A stretch of DNA of 64,000 nt from Auanema rhodensis (taxonomy: Eukaryota; Animalia; Nematoda). The first letter of the stretch is position 1; each line of letters begins with the position of its first letter. Made by a program: the position numbers and the translations under genes. Under the pieces are notes generated by a model that did no database searches, had not been told where the DNA came from, and saw only the letters and a program-made list of their open reading frames with translations. The stretch spans positions 8,742,001 through 8,806,000 of the forward strand of contig OZ059897.1 in the NCBI GenBank assembly GCA_964057225.1. Reading direction: 5' to 3'. This document shows, piece by piece, positions 30,429-43,697 of this stretch.

Positions 30429-32304
30429 TTACATCTTGCTCTTGTTCATCTTTTTGAAAAGACCTTCAAGCTTAAGAGCCTTAGACATATCTCCACTAAT
30501 CTTCAGACGCTTGGTCATGAAAGCTGTGGTAGCAGAAAGTTTTCCGGTGAAAATGAGTGGGAAATCATCGGCAGAGAGTTCAAACCTAAAGAAATAATGT
30601 ATATAGTGGATTGATGGTGTGAACATACTTAACATCAGCCTTTTCAACAGCGCCTTCCTTAACGGATCCGTTTCCGTTTTTTAAATCAATAGTGATAACT
30701 TTGTTGACACTTCCTAAATATCGAAATAACACATTGCAATTAAATTATGAAAAAACCAGATATGTCAAACTGGTAAACAGCTCCCATTTTTTGAACGATT
30801 TCTGGGCTAAGAACCTTAGCAACAGACTGAGTGATTGCGTTAATCTCATCACTGATAACAGCCTGAAACGAATCGTCAAACTTGAACTTTCTTCACTGGT
30901 TAAAACCTGACTAATGTTCTCGCGGCTCTTCTTACGGCTTGAACCAGCATTCAAGAAGAATTCATCATATTTTCCACCTGGGATGAAGAAATCGGGGGTG
31001 AGTGGCTGGGCTGCAAAACAAAGGATATTATTCTAAAAAAGGTTATTAAACATACTGGGATCTACAGCATATTTGTCCAAATTAGTTAAACCTTCTTCTC
31101 TTAAGATATCTTCGTCAATGGCAAAGTTTCCTGTATAATCCTTGCTGTTACGAGAAAGAATTGCGTATGCGGCATCAGCCATAATAGCAGGCTTTAAATA
31201 AGTGAATAATTTTTCAAAGCCATATAGTTAGATCTACCTTACGACTGCCTTGAGCTCCTTCTCCAGCAGAAAGCATATCCATGGCAGAGGTCCAAATAGC
31301 AGTTAATGGCCATAAAGCGTTAACAGCAATTCCATATGGACGGAATTCTTCGTGTTGCCCCAAAACACACATAGACATTCCTAAACCAAAGCATCATCAC
31401 TGTTAGAAAAAAGTGATCATACCGAATTTAGCCATGGTATACGCTACATGATTCTGGAACCATTGAGTTTCCATGAGCAATGGTGGTGAAATGTTAAGGA
31501 CATGTGGATTTTTTCCTTGTTTGAGGTAAGGTAAACAAGTCTTTGTCCTTAAAAGAATATATCATTAATTTTTTTTTGCATTTCAATTACATCAAATATG
31601 TTCCTCTGGTATTGATAGAATGCATGAGATCATAACGCTTCATTGGAGTTTCTTCAGTATTTGTCAAACTAAAAACATAAAACTCATAATAATATTTTAC
31701 AACTCAATGTACCTGATAGCGGAAGCATTATTAACAAGAATATCAATTCCTCCGAATTTCTTGACAGCAGCTTCTACAGCAGCCTGGATGGAAGCTTCAT
31801 CTCTGACATCAACAATACATGGAAGAGCCTTTCCTCCAGCCTAAATACAAAAATGTACAATTAATATTAAGATTAATATAGTCGTACCTTCTCGATTTCT
31901 TCAGCAGCTGTATAGATAGTTCCTGGAAGTTTAGGATGAGCTGTAGTAGTTTTAGCAGCTACAACAATATTAGCTCCGTCTTGAGCTAATTTAAGAGCTA
32001 TTTCCTTTCCTATTCCACGAGAAGCTCCGGTAATGAGAATAGTTTTTCCAAGGAATTTACTAAAAACTCCAAATAAAACAAATCAATAATAACAAAAAAA
32101 ATTGTTTCAACACGAACCCTTTACCTGTTGGTGGTTTATCGTTCATCGTGTCAACTAAGAGACGATTGAATATAATCAGATGGGAATGTTAAAAATAATC
32201 ATGACTACACTTTACCCATGATAAGAAACATTTAATACTACACTCTAGTTTTCTCTCAAGTTTCAACAACAAAGTAACATATCAACTCACCCACTGTTAA
32301 ACAT
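30429..32304 (-). CDS. dhs-6: Hydroxysteroid dehydrogenase-like 2 (SDR + C-terminal SCP2 domain)
   Basis: First exon MFNSG (32304-32291, GG|GTGAGT), then KFLGKTILITGASRGIGKEIALKLAQDGANIVVAAKTTTAHPKLPGTIYTAAEEIEK, GGIDILVNNASA and catalytic YTMAK. The SCP2-like tail FTGKLSATTAFMTKRLKISGDMSKALKLE ends in SKM*. About ten short introns. Confidence 0.93.
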
Positions 32305-32475
32305 CCTAACTATGGAAGTCTTCTCTGGTTTCTATAATTAAAGTCATTTGAATTTCAGAATAAATCAAATAGTTTGAAGGTATGAGTTTTAGAAGAAACA
32401 TGATGAATTAAATACTTTGAAGAATGCGTACAAGAGGTTTATATATACATCTCGATATAAGTATAAGTTAGCTAT

Positions 32476-33669
32476 TTATAAATCCTTAAATTGAGGTTTT
32501 TGTTTCTTCATGGCAGCAGTTGCCCCTTCAAATAAATCAGTGGAAAGTAGCTGAGACATATTCCACCACTTGATCATTTCTAACGATTTTTCAACCGAAT
32601 TATCACGAGCATAATTCAAGGTCTGGAAATTGAAATTGTCAAAAACAATTTCCAAAGATAATGTCAAACCTTTTTGGTTCCTTGTACAGCAATAGGACTT
32701 TTTGCAGCAATAACATCAGCCAAGTTTAGGGCACCTTCTAAACAGCTTGCAGGGGTGGAAAAGATTCTGGAGATTAAACCTGAATTGGTTGATTACACAT
32801 AGCTAAAATATAAAAACATACCAAACTGTAAAGCTTCATCTACTCTGAAATCACGGGCAGTTAAAGAAACTTCTTTCATCCAACTTTCGTTGATGCCAAG
32901 TTTTGGTAGACGATTCAATGTTCCTACATCAGCAGCCATGCCAATATCAACTTCCTGAATATGATGTTAAGAATAAATAATAATCTTAGATTACAGCAAT
33001 ACCCTGATAGAGAAAATAGAATCTTGGGATGCATATCTTACATCACACGCAGCAATCATATCAATACCAGCGCCAATACAGTGAGAATGGACAGCAGCAA
33101 TAACAGGCTTTGTGCATGTCTGAGGAGAGTCACAATAGTTTTACAAAACAAATTTAAAACCTCGATAGCGGTGAATCCAGCTTGAGCTTCAGTTATGAAT
33201 CGTTCAACATAACGAGCTTTACGTCCAATATCAACCTTATCATCTTGAATAACTTTGATCAGTTCCTATAACAACATCATAAACATAAAATTTCAGAATT
33301 CAAAGCTGTACCAACATTCCCATCTCCAGATCAATACCAGCACAAAATGATTTTCCATTACCAGAAAGAACAATAGCTCGACACTTTGGATCTACGTTCA
33401 ATTCATCAAATATTTTTTTGCTCTCCCTGACAGGAATAATTTACTTTAAATCAAATGGAATGACAAGCTTACTTCCACATATCAAGAGTGAATGCATTCC
33501 TTCTATTAGGACGATTCATTTTAACATGAACTACATTGTTTCCCAAGTTTTCAACCTAAAAATTTAGAAATAAGCTAAGCTAAAGGAAAAAATAAACTTC
33601 ATAACTGGACCTCAGCAACTTGGACGTTGACAGTTTGCGTACAAAATGAAGATTTCTTACACTATTCAT
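32476..33669 (-). CDS. ECH1: Delta3,5-delta2,4-dienoyl-CoA isomerase (ECH1-like crotonase)
   Basis: Exons give VHVKMNRPNRRNAF, CRAIVLSGNGKSFCAGIDL, KPVIAAVHSHCIGAGIDMIAACDVRY, EVDIGMAADVGTLNRLPK (ECH1 catalytic Glu/Asp motif) and KSPIAVQGTKKTLNYARD. TTTAG acceptor immediately before the ATG. Confidence 0.9.
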
Positions 33670-34686
33670 TTTCTAAATAAATAAATAATTAGAAAATGTT
33701 GATTTCAGATTATTCAAAATGAGATAATTAGATAATAATTTTCTTTATATATAAACAGAAGGTATAGTCGGACTTTAGGATACTCTGTGTTCCCTAGTTA
33801 CATGTAATGGATCAAAGTCCAATGTACAAGGTTTTCTGTCGAACACGTTGGGTTCTTTAGAGATGAACAAAACACTTTCAATCCAGCTTGAGATGAACGT
33901 ACATATTTCAAAGATTATAAGAACATAGGTCATAGGACAGTTTTGAATAAGCATTTTTAAACGTTGGTGATACATTTATTTTAGTTATTGTACGTAAGAT
34001 ATGAAGGGTAATAGTTGTTTTTATTTGAGCACAACAGGCTGAATAGTAGTTTTCAGTCGATAAATAAAGGAAACACCATTGATCAATAAAAATGATTAAC
34101 AAGGACAGGCAAAAAGATATTTCTATTATTAGTACTTAGAATTATAATCATATAAGAAAGGCTCAAGACCTTGTAATAATAATAATAAATGAACGTAAAA
34201 TGTAGATTTAGAACAGATTTTTCGCCTTGTTTTCATAAATGCATAGCAATAATTAATGGAAAGCAACCGCTAGTGTTTTTATTTAGAAAATAAATTAATT
34301 TCACGTAGTTCACAGAAAACGTGTAATCCATTTCATGCTAAATAGCAGTTTATTTCTTTCATATCAATATAATAAATTTACAAAGTACGAAGAATAGCAA
34401 AGAATCTAGATTTATCGGGTTTTTTGTTATTATAGTCATTTGAAATATGTACTATTTGAATTTCTTTTAATAGAAAAACTTGCTGTGAGTTTTTCATACG
34501 AATATGTTCTTCTGCATTAAAGCTTTTTCTCTAATTCTCTTCAGAACTGTTTTTCATCGTATCAGACTAGTTCGAACATTCTTTTACTTCATATAATCAC
34601 TGTTATTACGATGGTTTATGTGGTAGAAGAAAATGAGGTTATATTTCTGAGGGCATTGATTCAACAGTTGTCGTACACGCTATCTG

Positions 34687-37600
34687 ATGGCTCTACGTCT
34701 ACTATGGATAGCTGTAGTTTTCAATGTATCATCTCAATCTCATATTGAAGGTACGACATATGCCCACAAAAAGTTGTTTTTATTTTCTGTATTTAGATGC
34801 AATTGAAACAATTAAGAGCAGTATCATTTCTTCTATTACTAATTATCGTGAAACAGGGTAAATCTCTTTGGATCTTTTGTTGTTGAACTGTAGCTATATT
34901 GTAGATTTGAATCTGGTATAACTGATGAAGACGTTGTATCTGCACTACAGCGAGCAGAAGAAGAGCTTGGACAATCTCATATGATCAGTTATAAACGTAG
35001 AACCAAAAATAAAAAAAGTTCATTCAATTTGAATGCTCTCCAGATTTTGACACCGATGAGCCCGTTAACGTTTATGGATCAATCATGTCACCCAAAACTC
35101 CGGCTGTTTCGATATCTCTGAAGTCTAAAATCCTTCTGAAAGTCTGTGATATGATGGCATTCTATGAAATTTTTTATTTCTTCATAGGCGACCAAGATTC
35201 TTCAAGAACAGTTTGGCCCTTCAATCTTAAAAGATTTAGCAACTATGAATATTAATAAGTATATTTTTTAAAAAATTATAATTATGCAAATGTGTAACAA
35301 TCCAGATTCATGGAATTCGATAGAAATGAATGCTTGGAAAATGAAAAATCATGTAATTCAAACTATCCCTATAGGTTTTCATTATCAGATTTTTTAAATA
35401 TATTAAATAGATTTTGAAGGAGTGTCTCCGGTTTTTGTAATAACATTCAAAACCCGGAACAAGGTATGGCGTTTCAACCGCTGATTCACCTGTTACCTCC
35501 AGATCACCAGGAATGTAAGTATTCAAACTATTTTTCTGGAAATGCAATTTAGTTTCCGACAAAGTTTAAGTTTAAACAATAACTTTCTTGATGTTTAGTT
35601 GATTCTCCCCGATATCTCTCAGTATTAGGACACCCTTTACCTAGTCCACGAGTTGTATCTAATCGTATACATCATGATGTCAATAATCAGAATAAAGAAG
35701 TGAGTCTGAATATTAAAGAATTTCTTTATTCAAGTTTAAAAATCATTCCAGTTTTCTCTAATTTTGATGCAGTTTGGTCAATTTTTAGATCATGAGATAA
35801 CACATTCTCCAGTAGAGAGATCCCCCACAGGAGGTAATTTGAATTGTTCGAGGTAAAACCATTATTGCAGTATATTTCCAAATCATTTACTTTGAAGCTG
35901 TGACTCAGCTGAAACAGTATCAAGTTCCTGTAATCCTATCCATATCCCTGAGGGCGATCCTTTTTTTGAATCTTCGCCCACGAAGTGTTTACCATTTGTC
36001 CGAAGTTTACCTGGGCAAAGAACTTTTGGACATAGAAATCAAATGAATCAGATTACATCGTATATTGATGGATCAGTTATATACGGATCGACAAAGTGTG
36101 AATCAGACTCAATTCGAGAATTTACGGATGGCAAGTTGAAACGAACAGCTGGCGGTGCTCATCTAGGGTTTGTTTCCTCGTTATCTTGTATTACGATGAG
36201 GAGTTGTTCTTTATAGAACATTGTTACCTTTTGCTCAAAGTCAAACAGATTGCCGTTCTGCTCCAGAATCGCCATGCTTTATGGCTGGTGATGATCGAAA
36301 CTCTCAACAACCAATGCTCCAATCTCTTCATATCTTATTTTTGCGTTATCATAACAAATTAGCTGAACGATTAAGAAGGTTGAATCGTAATTGGAATGAT
36401 GAAAAACTATTTCAAGTATCAATATGAAACATATACCCATTTTAGATGTTAAGTGTTTAGGAAACTAGAAGAATTGTATCAGCTATACTTCAGAATATTG
36501 TTTATCGTGATTTTCTCCCGAAAATAGTCGGAGATATGGAAATGATGAAGCACAATCTATCTCCACAACATGATGGATATTTCGATGGCACATTTTTTCA
36601 TACATAACAAGATTTACATAAAGTTCTTCCAGGTTACGATGAACGATGTGATGCCTCAATCTCACAGTCCTTCGCCACAGCTGCATTTCGATTTGGACAT
36701 TCTTTGGTAAAAAGGTTGTTTAAGGTTGTTGAATATGGAGACATAACGAGGAACTTAATCACAGATTCATACCAAGGCTTGATGTGAATTTTAAAAACTT
36801 CACAGAGCCGATGGATTTAGCACAAAACTTCAATAACATGGAAAACGTATATGATGAAGCAAATGGTAAGAGTGACGGAGCCGATCATCACATCAGAACA
36901 TGAATTTTCAGGTGGTGTAGATTCTATTTTGGCGGGTTTGCTTGCCAGCTCACCGATGGCTTTTGATAGACATGTATCTGACGCTGTTCGGTTAGATTCA
37001 TGCCTATTATTCATTAATTATAAATTGTTTTCGAAATATGCTATTCGCTCGAAGAGGTCAACAGAAAAGTGGATTTGATCTAATCTCTATTAATATACAA
37101 CGAGCTCGTGATCATAATGTTCCTAGTTATAATAAACATAGGTATACATTATAGTTGAAACTATAAAAAATGCCACAAATGCCGAAAGATATGTGAATGA
37201 TTTTCCAGAGAATTCTGTGGGTTAGCCAAGGCATCGTCATTCTCTTCTCTCATGTCCGAGATGCAACCACATGCTATAGATGCATTGAAGTCCATCTACG
37301 ATGACGTGAATGACGTTGACTTGTTTTCTGGACTTACCTCGGAGAATTCCCTATTAGGTTGTCTCTTAATTTAGCTTTATAAAGTACAAAATGATGAAAC
37401 ATGCTCAGAAGGACTTGTCGGACCAACAACAGCTTGTCTATTAGCCGAACAGTTCCAGCGATTGAAGCAGTGTGATCGTTTCTATTTTGAAAATGTATCA
37501 GCAGGATTCAGAATAGGTTTGCCTTCAAAAATCATTTATACACCCCTCATAAATATTTCTCTTTTTGAGTTTATTTCAATAACCCCTGATATAAAGTTTA

Positions 37601-37846
37601 TGAGCATGCTTGTCAAGCTTGCAAATAATTTCAGAACAATTAAATGAGATCCGAAAGATTGGTTTGTCACAGATGATTTGTAGCATTACAAGATTTTCAT
37701 TTGTTCAATTGGATGTATTCAAGTTGCCAGATCGCATGTTGTAAGTTGATAACAATCTATTCTATCAGCAACATTGAAATTTCAGCAACGATTTTATTCT
37801 TTGCAATAGCATAGAGGATATAAACTTAGAACCATGGAGTCAATAA
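34687..37846 (+). CDS. Secreted animal heme peroxidase (peroxidase-cyclooxygenase superfamily)
   Basis: Signal peptide [16 protein letters not shown]; [10 protein letters not shown]; LPSPRVVSN; distal [11 protein letters not shown]; [14 protein letters not shown]; AGDDR; [10 protein letters not shown] (proximal His); NIQRARDH; [25 protein letters not shown]; C-terminus INLEPWSQ*. Many short introns, with frames consistent wherever checked. Confidence 0.92.
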
Positions 37847-37917
37847 TAAGTTCCTGGGAATCATTAAAGTTTCAATGTTCCAATATGAAAATAAAACTTT
37901 ACAAAATTTTTATTTTG

Positions 37918-37985
37918 AGCCTCGGGCAAAAGCAGCCTTGATCTCGTCAGTTATTTCAGACGGTAATATTTCTTCTTCATAGGCT
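37918..37985 (-). ncRNA. Box C/D snoRNA-like RNA, copy 1
   Basis: Minus strand reads AGCC-T-ATGAAGA (C) ... CTGA (D') ... TGACGA (C') ... CCGA (D)-GGCT, with a terminal stem. It is 68 nt long and duplicated 371 bp away. Confidence 0.65.
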
Positions 37986-38288
37986 AAATAGTGATAGTGC
38001 GCGTTTTTAGCAAAGAATAGTTGCGCCGTATCTGTTATGGGTTTTCAAAATAGCACGGTTCTTTTGCATTCGTAAAATAAATGAAAGCGAAAGACATTGC
38101 AGGTGCTCTCGCAGTATTATATCATTCAGAGAAAAACATTAAATATATGAAATTATGATACTCTATTATAAAGTATTTGAATAATTGAAATAAAAAAATA
38201 TAAAAAATAAAACAAGATGACATATGATCCGGTATTTTTATTTCGTTTCTTAACTCTTTCTTTGAAATTCTATTCTTTTCATATTTGA

Positions 38289-38356
38289 AGCCTCGGGCAT
38301 AAGCAGCCGTGATCTCGTCAGTTATATCAGACGGTAATATTTCTTCTTCATTGGCG
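38289..38356 (-). ncRNA. Box C/D snoRNA-like RNA, copy 2
   Basis: 63/68 identical to copy 1. All four boxes and the GCC/GGC terminal stem are retained while the flanks are unrelated. Confidence 0.65.
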
Positions 38357-40401
38357 AATTGAACAATTTAAAGAAAATTTATATTATCCACGAAGAATGT
38401 GCAACGTATCACATATCAGTATCACTTTTTAATAAGTGGAAATGTCAAATTTGAAAAAGTAATTCTGATATAGCAAATTCTTTTATAATATGTAAGAGAA
38501 TAATAAAATAATTTAATATTAATAAGGACATTCAACCAATTCTTTTGAAGTCTTTTGTGATTATTTTCGTTTAAAGTAGATAGTGAAGACAGTTAATTTC
38601 AGGCTAGAATAGCCATTTGATGTAAAGTGATTATAATACTTTGTGAATATTCAATGAAATCATGTTTTAGTTGGATAATAGTTTTGCAAAAATTTCAAAT
38701 TCATGTCTTTTACCATTTATATTCGAATAATAAACATATAACTTAACTTGATCTACAAATGATTCTTGCATTTTTGAAAAGAAATTGCAAATATTTTTAT
38801 TTTTATTATATTAATTTTGTAATTTATTCGATGTAATTAAGAGATTCATTTAAAACTACCCAAGTATATGTAAACTTCCAGAAGCTATATTCGACCAGAG
38901 CCTGTAATTTGGAATATATGAAGGTGGCACGATAATGAGAAATCCCTAATAACATTGTCTTTTGCGCTTTTATTGCTTAGATTTTTGATCGAAAAAAAAA
39001 TGAAAATTGCATGATGTGAGATATTCCTTAGGAATTCTGTGTTATTATAGTTATAAAATTATTTTTTTCATCTTTCCTTCAAATTTATATCTTCGCTGAG
39101 GTTGACATTCAATAGCATTGTGAATATCATTATTGGTTTGACAACAATAATCCTATTTCTGAAAGCATTTTCTTTGATGAAAAAGCATTACAAGCATTTC
39201 TAAAACTTTTTTTTTGCTTTTGCTGCTGAGAAAATTAAATTTTTCCCCTAGGGTAATAGAAAATGGTTTCGACCTACTTCCAATTAAACAACAAGAGGTG
39301 GCTCGCTTCATTTACCCAGAAAGAATTCTGTCAATGTGTTCTTGAACTCGGGCTCAAAAGAAAAAACGAAAAGACGGTAAGAGATTTTAGAGAAGCAGAA
39401 AAAAAGCGAAGACGAAGATGGTGAATGGAGGACAAGCGGATGTATTCACGTAAACTCATCCTATCTATGAATGTGCATTCATCAAGATGGTTCCTCCTCC
39501 CCCGGACGTTTTGTGGTTGTCGTCATCACTTTTCGTTTAGAGAACTCGGAAACAAGTTTTGGTTTTTTCTCAACACATATATCTATGTGATTCTTTATTA
39601 ATTCTTCAGAGTTGATCATTTGATCTCGATCATGCTCCTGTTGTCCAAGTTTTCGATCTCTTTTCCACCCTTTCTTTGCCGGTTGTTCTAATTTATCATC
39701 CTGAATGCAAAAAAAATAGACATATCCCTTATATGTATCTTTCATGTCCCATATAACTTATCCACGTAATTTTAGTTGCTATTTCAATTATGTTTTTCCA
39801 AATCAATTTACGTACAAACGGAAATCTCAATCAGGGCTTCAAACAAAGTGCAACTACATAGGTGATGTGCCATAGTTGCAGGACGATCCTCTTGGATCCT
39901 GGTAAGAGTATGATGTCATTGAGATCATAATCTAAAGCCTGAATTTCCTCTTTCAAGAAATATTATTCAATTTTCTTTATTTTTTTGTTTTTTAAGGATT
40001 TTACGTGTGTCAAAGTGAGTCTTTGTTGTGTGAGAAAGAGAGAACAAGAAATATAAGTGATTGTCCATCTCTTCTTCCCTCTTTCTCTTTCTGTCTCTCT
40101 CTCTCTCTCAACTTATCTCAATTTTTCTGAGAAAAAAAAACGACAAATGAAAACAAGGTATTGCAATGCTTATACTTCTCATATTTTCCATATTCATCGT
40201 TGCATTCAGCCAAGAATTATTTTCATTTTTTGATTTTTCTCATACAATATTCAACGTTGTCAGAAACATTTCATAAACTTCAATCAAGTCATGCATTTGA
40301 ATTATTCAATAAGATTCTGTTTTTCTAAATGAATTCACTATGTCATTACTGTTTTTCATTGAATTTAGTATAACAATTATTACTTCGAACTATATACACA
40401 T

Positions 40402-40438
<37 letters not shown>

Positions 40439-43400
40439 AGTTTAAACTTTGTGAACGATGTATTTAGAAAAAAAGAAGAGAAGGTAGGTAACACAGAGAG
40501 AGAGAGAGAAATGTGTAGGAGGGGGAGGTCGATCGGAGAAGTTTGAAGGATCTGTCTGAATTTCTTTTAACGATAGCAGTAGCACATCTATAACTATATA
40601 CTCTTTAAGCTTAGTTATATGATACAAAGATGAGAGTGAACATTGACTTTATAAGAAAGTTAACTATAATTAATTGAATTTCATCTATGTTCTTTAATTA
40701 AACTTACATTTAAAAAGGAATATGATATGCATGATTGTTCCCATCTTCTGTTTTCTACTCCCCACTCACTAGAAGTTAAAACGTTTTTACTTCCGTTCAA
40801 ATAACTATTTTTTCTTTTAACTTCATTTGATGATTTTAATTAAAATATGGAGGAGGATAACTTCTTAATTTTTCAATTGAAGTGATATATATGAAGTGAA
40901 AATATGGAGCTATCCGGTCGACCAGAAGATGTACTCACGAACGGATTTCTCTTCATATTCAATTTCCGGATGAATTGTTTGAAACGGCTCACTAAGACAT
41001 CAGTCCGATTAACATAAAGGCAATTCCTTTATTTTCTAAATGTCAAGAAAACTCATTGAGATGTGATGAACCTACCAAGACTGCCGAGAACATTGACCAA
41101 GATATGGAGATGAGCATGTGGAAGGCATGTGCTTCTCATAAGCCCAATTGCAAATTTCCCCTCCGTTTTTAACCTTCCGTATCTCTCCGTATTCTGTTTT
41201 CTTTTGTTTATTCGTTTAATTATATTGTTGTCATATGTTTTTCTTCTTCTAAATATTGTTATAGATCAGTTTACTTCGACATTGTCAACACCACAGTCAT
41301 CTTCATCATCGTCAATGTCGCTTGACATCGAAACATGATATTTATAATTATTTTCAGTCTTTCTACCCATATTTGCTGACTACTTATGTATGAGCAAACA
41401 TGTGAAGAGAAAGAAAGGGAAGTATCCTAGCAGCTTAATCCTAATTGGAGCTATTCTTATCTTTCAAATAAAAAAGTATTTTCTTATAAAAGTTTTCAAC
41501 TTTCAGAACATTGCTATTTAGTAGCATAAAGGGTTTCCTCATCTACTACAAGCTTCATATATACTTCATCTTTCATGACATTTCTTGAACAAGAAAAAAC
41601 ATAAGCTAAGCTAACATTTGAAAAGTTGAAATTCATCCAGAGAAAGAGATTATACGTTTCGCCGCGTAGGACCCTAATATATCAAACTTGAGCATAACCT
41701 ATTATATAAAACTAACACAATCAAAAATAATATTACGTAACTTAATTTATTGAATTTCAATAAATTATAAATATTTCCATTTTAAGATCTCAACTCTTCA
41801 GCTGAAGTCTGATTGTAATGTGCTGTGAAAAAGATAGAAAAAAGATTTTTTATTAGTTGACTGATGAAATCAAAAAAAAATCTGAATGTGAATATCAGCT
41901 TTCCCATTCATTTATCAAAAAATATAAAAATAATTGTAAAATAGATAGAAAATACATGTGTGTGTGTAGTGAGTCTCACACAACCATAACGTCATCTGAG
42001 CTTCCAAACCAAAAAAAAGGATGCAAATCCTTCAAAACTATTATTGAAAAAACAGTTTTATTTCAGAAGAAATAAGTTTTTAAGTTTGTTTTTTAACTTA
42101 TAATCTAGTGCATAAGCTCAAACTATACAGCATATTCATTCGTTTGTGGATGATATCTCTGTGCGAGTAGCTCAAAGATTCAATTCCAAACACTAATGCA
42201 TATGAACGTTGAAAGAAATTTCATATATTCTTCTAATAAATTCAAACCTTGTTTTGATTTTATAAGAAAGATTTTAAAATTGTTATCTGAATTCTGTGTA
42301 CAAGTTGAAACATTCATTTCTTTCTCGAAGCTTTTTGACGCTTGATGTTACATCCTCAAGCAATAAGTCAGAATATGGTCGACCACACATTGTCTGTGTT
42401 CGCTCAGCCCTCACCATCATGATTCCATCAAACATCGTCGGCTTCATCTTCCTTATATTCCTTCCTTTTGGATTGTTTTAAGCAGTTTTACGACAATTTT
42501 CTTCAATAACTTTCTATTTTGTTCGTTTTATCTCTGCTCATTCATCGTCTATGTTTATATCTATGTTAGTATTTCCGTTACATCATTATCCCATCCTTAT
42601 TCAGATAGATGATCATTTCCTTGATTCATCAACATTTCAGTTATTCCTGTTTTTATGCAAAAAAAAAGAAAATATTGAAACGACTTCCTCTGGCTTGTTT
42701 ATGATATTAATAGAATTTTATGCAGATTCTTACTAATTATGCTTTGAATAGTTGCATAAGTCTTAAGAATTTGAATTGCAGCAGCTTATTGAACTTAAAC
42801 ATAAGTTTCTAACTTCCTGTATACTTTTCAAAATCTTGACGTTAGATGAATGGCTTCAGGTTTTTAGCATCTAGTAGGGAGTTACCTTACCTCTCAGCCT
42901 ACGCTACTGTACTTCAAAGTATGGAAAACACAAGAAAAACACATCTAGTCCTCTATTTCTTCCGGTTTTCAGTTGGAAATGTCGAACTGTTTCATAACTA
43001 ATGCGATTTCTGATCGTAAGGTCAAATCAAGTAGATCTTCATTTCAAATTCTATCAAAACGTTTGCAGCTTAGCCAGTATCTGAATCTGAATTTAAGGAG
43101 ACCTTCGCTGTTCATAGTTGTATACCACACATCAATCTGAAATCTTAAACTACGCGTACCAGTAACAAAAACATTGAATACACCACTTATTTCTGTTTTT
43201 TTGAAGATAACTTTCTTGATGATAACTATAAAATTGTTCTTTGGCTTACTGCTTTTACTTCCCGCGGATCATTCGAAACCCACAACAGCTCATTTCTCCT
43301 CCCACTCCTGGGCATACAGATCTATCCCCTTCGTCATTATATTCATTTCGGATCTTGTTTGCAAGACTGTTTGATAAGAAAAGGTTTCTTATGATGTATT

Positions 43401-43637
43401 ATTTCCTTCATAATCCTTGTAATTATGATGATAACCTATGTAGTATTATGTATATAATGGAATACCAAACGTATTCTTCTCATATGGTGCTTAACTATAT
43501 TGGGAAAACTATACACATAATGGATAGCATAATCTTTCTATTTTTTTGTTTATTATTTCAGTTATTTAACTCAGGTAAGCACACTAGTATAATACAAGTA
43601 ATAATAGCTTCTTATAGCTAAAGTGCTCTTCTACCTC

Positions 43638-43638
<1 letters not shown>

Positions 43639-43692
<54 letters not shown>
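43639..43692. repeat. (CT)n microsatellite
   Basis: Perfect TC array. Confidence 0.95.

Positions 43693-43697
<5 letters not shown>

Noticed and set aside
33768-33822. GGACTTT...AAAGTCC stem between ECH1 and the peroxidase as a possible H/ACA RNA
   Set aside because: Pairing is weak and there is no convincing H box or second hairpin.
37918-37985. Duplicated unit read as a SECIS element, miRNA hairpin or 28S rRNA fragment
   Set aside because: No upstream UGA-containing ORF on that strand, no long stem, and only patchy 28S similarity. C/D box architecture explains it better.
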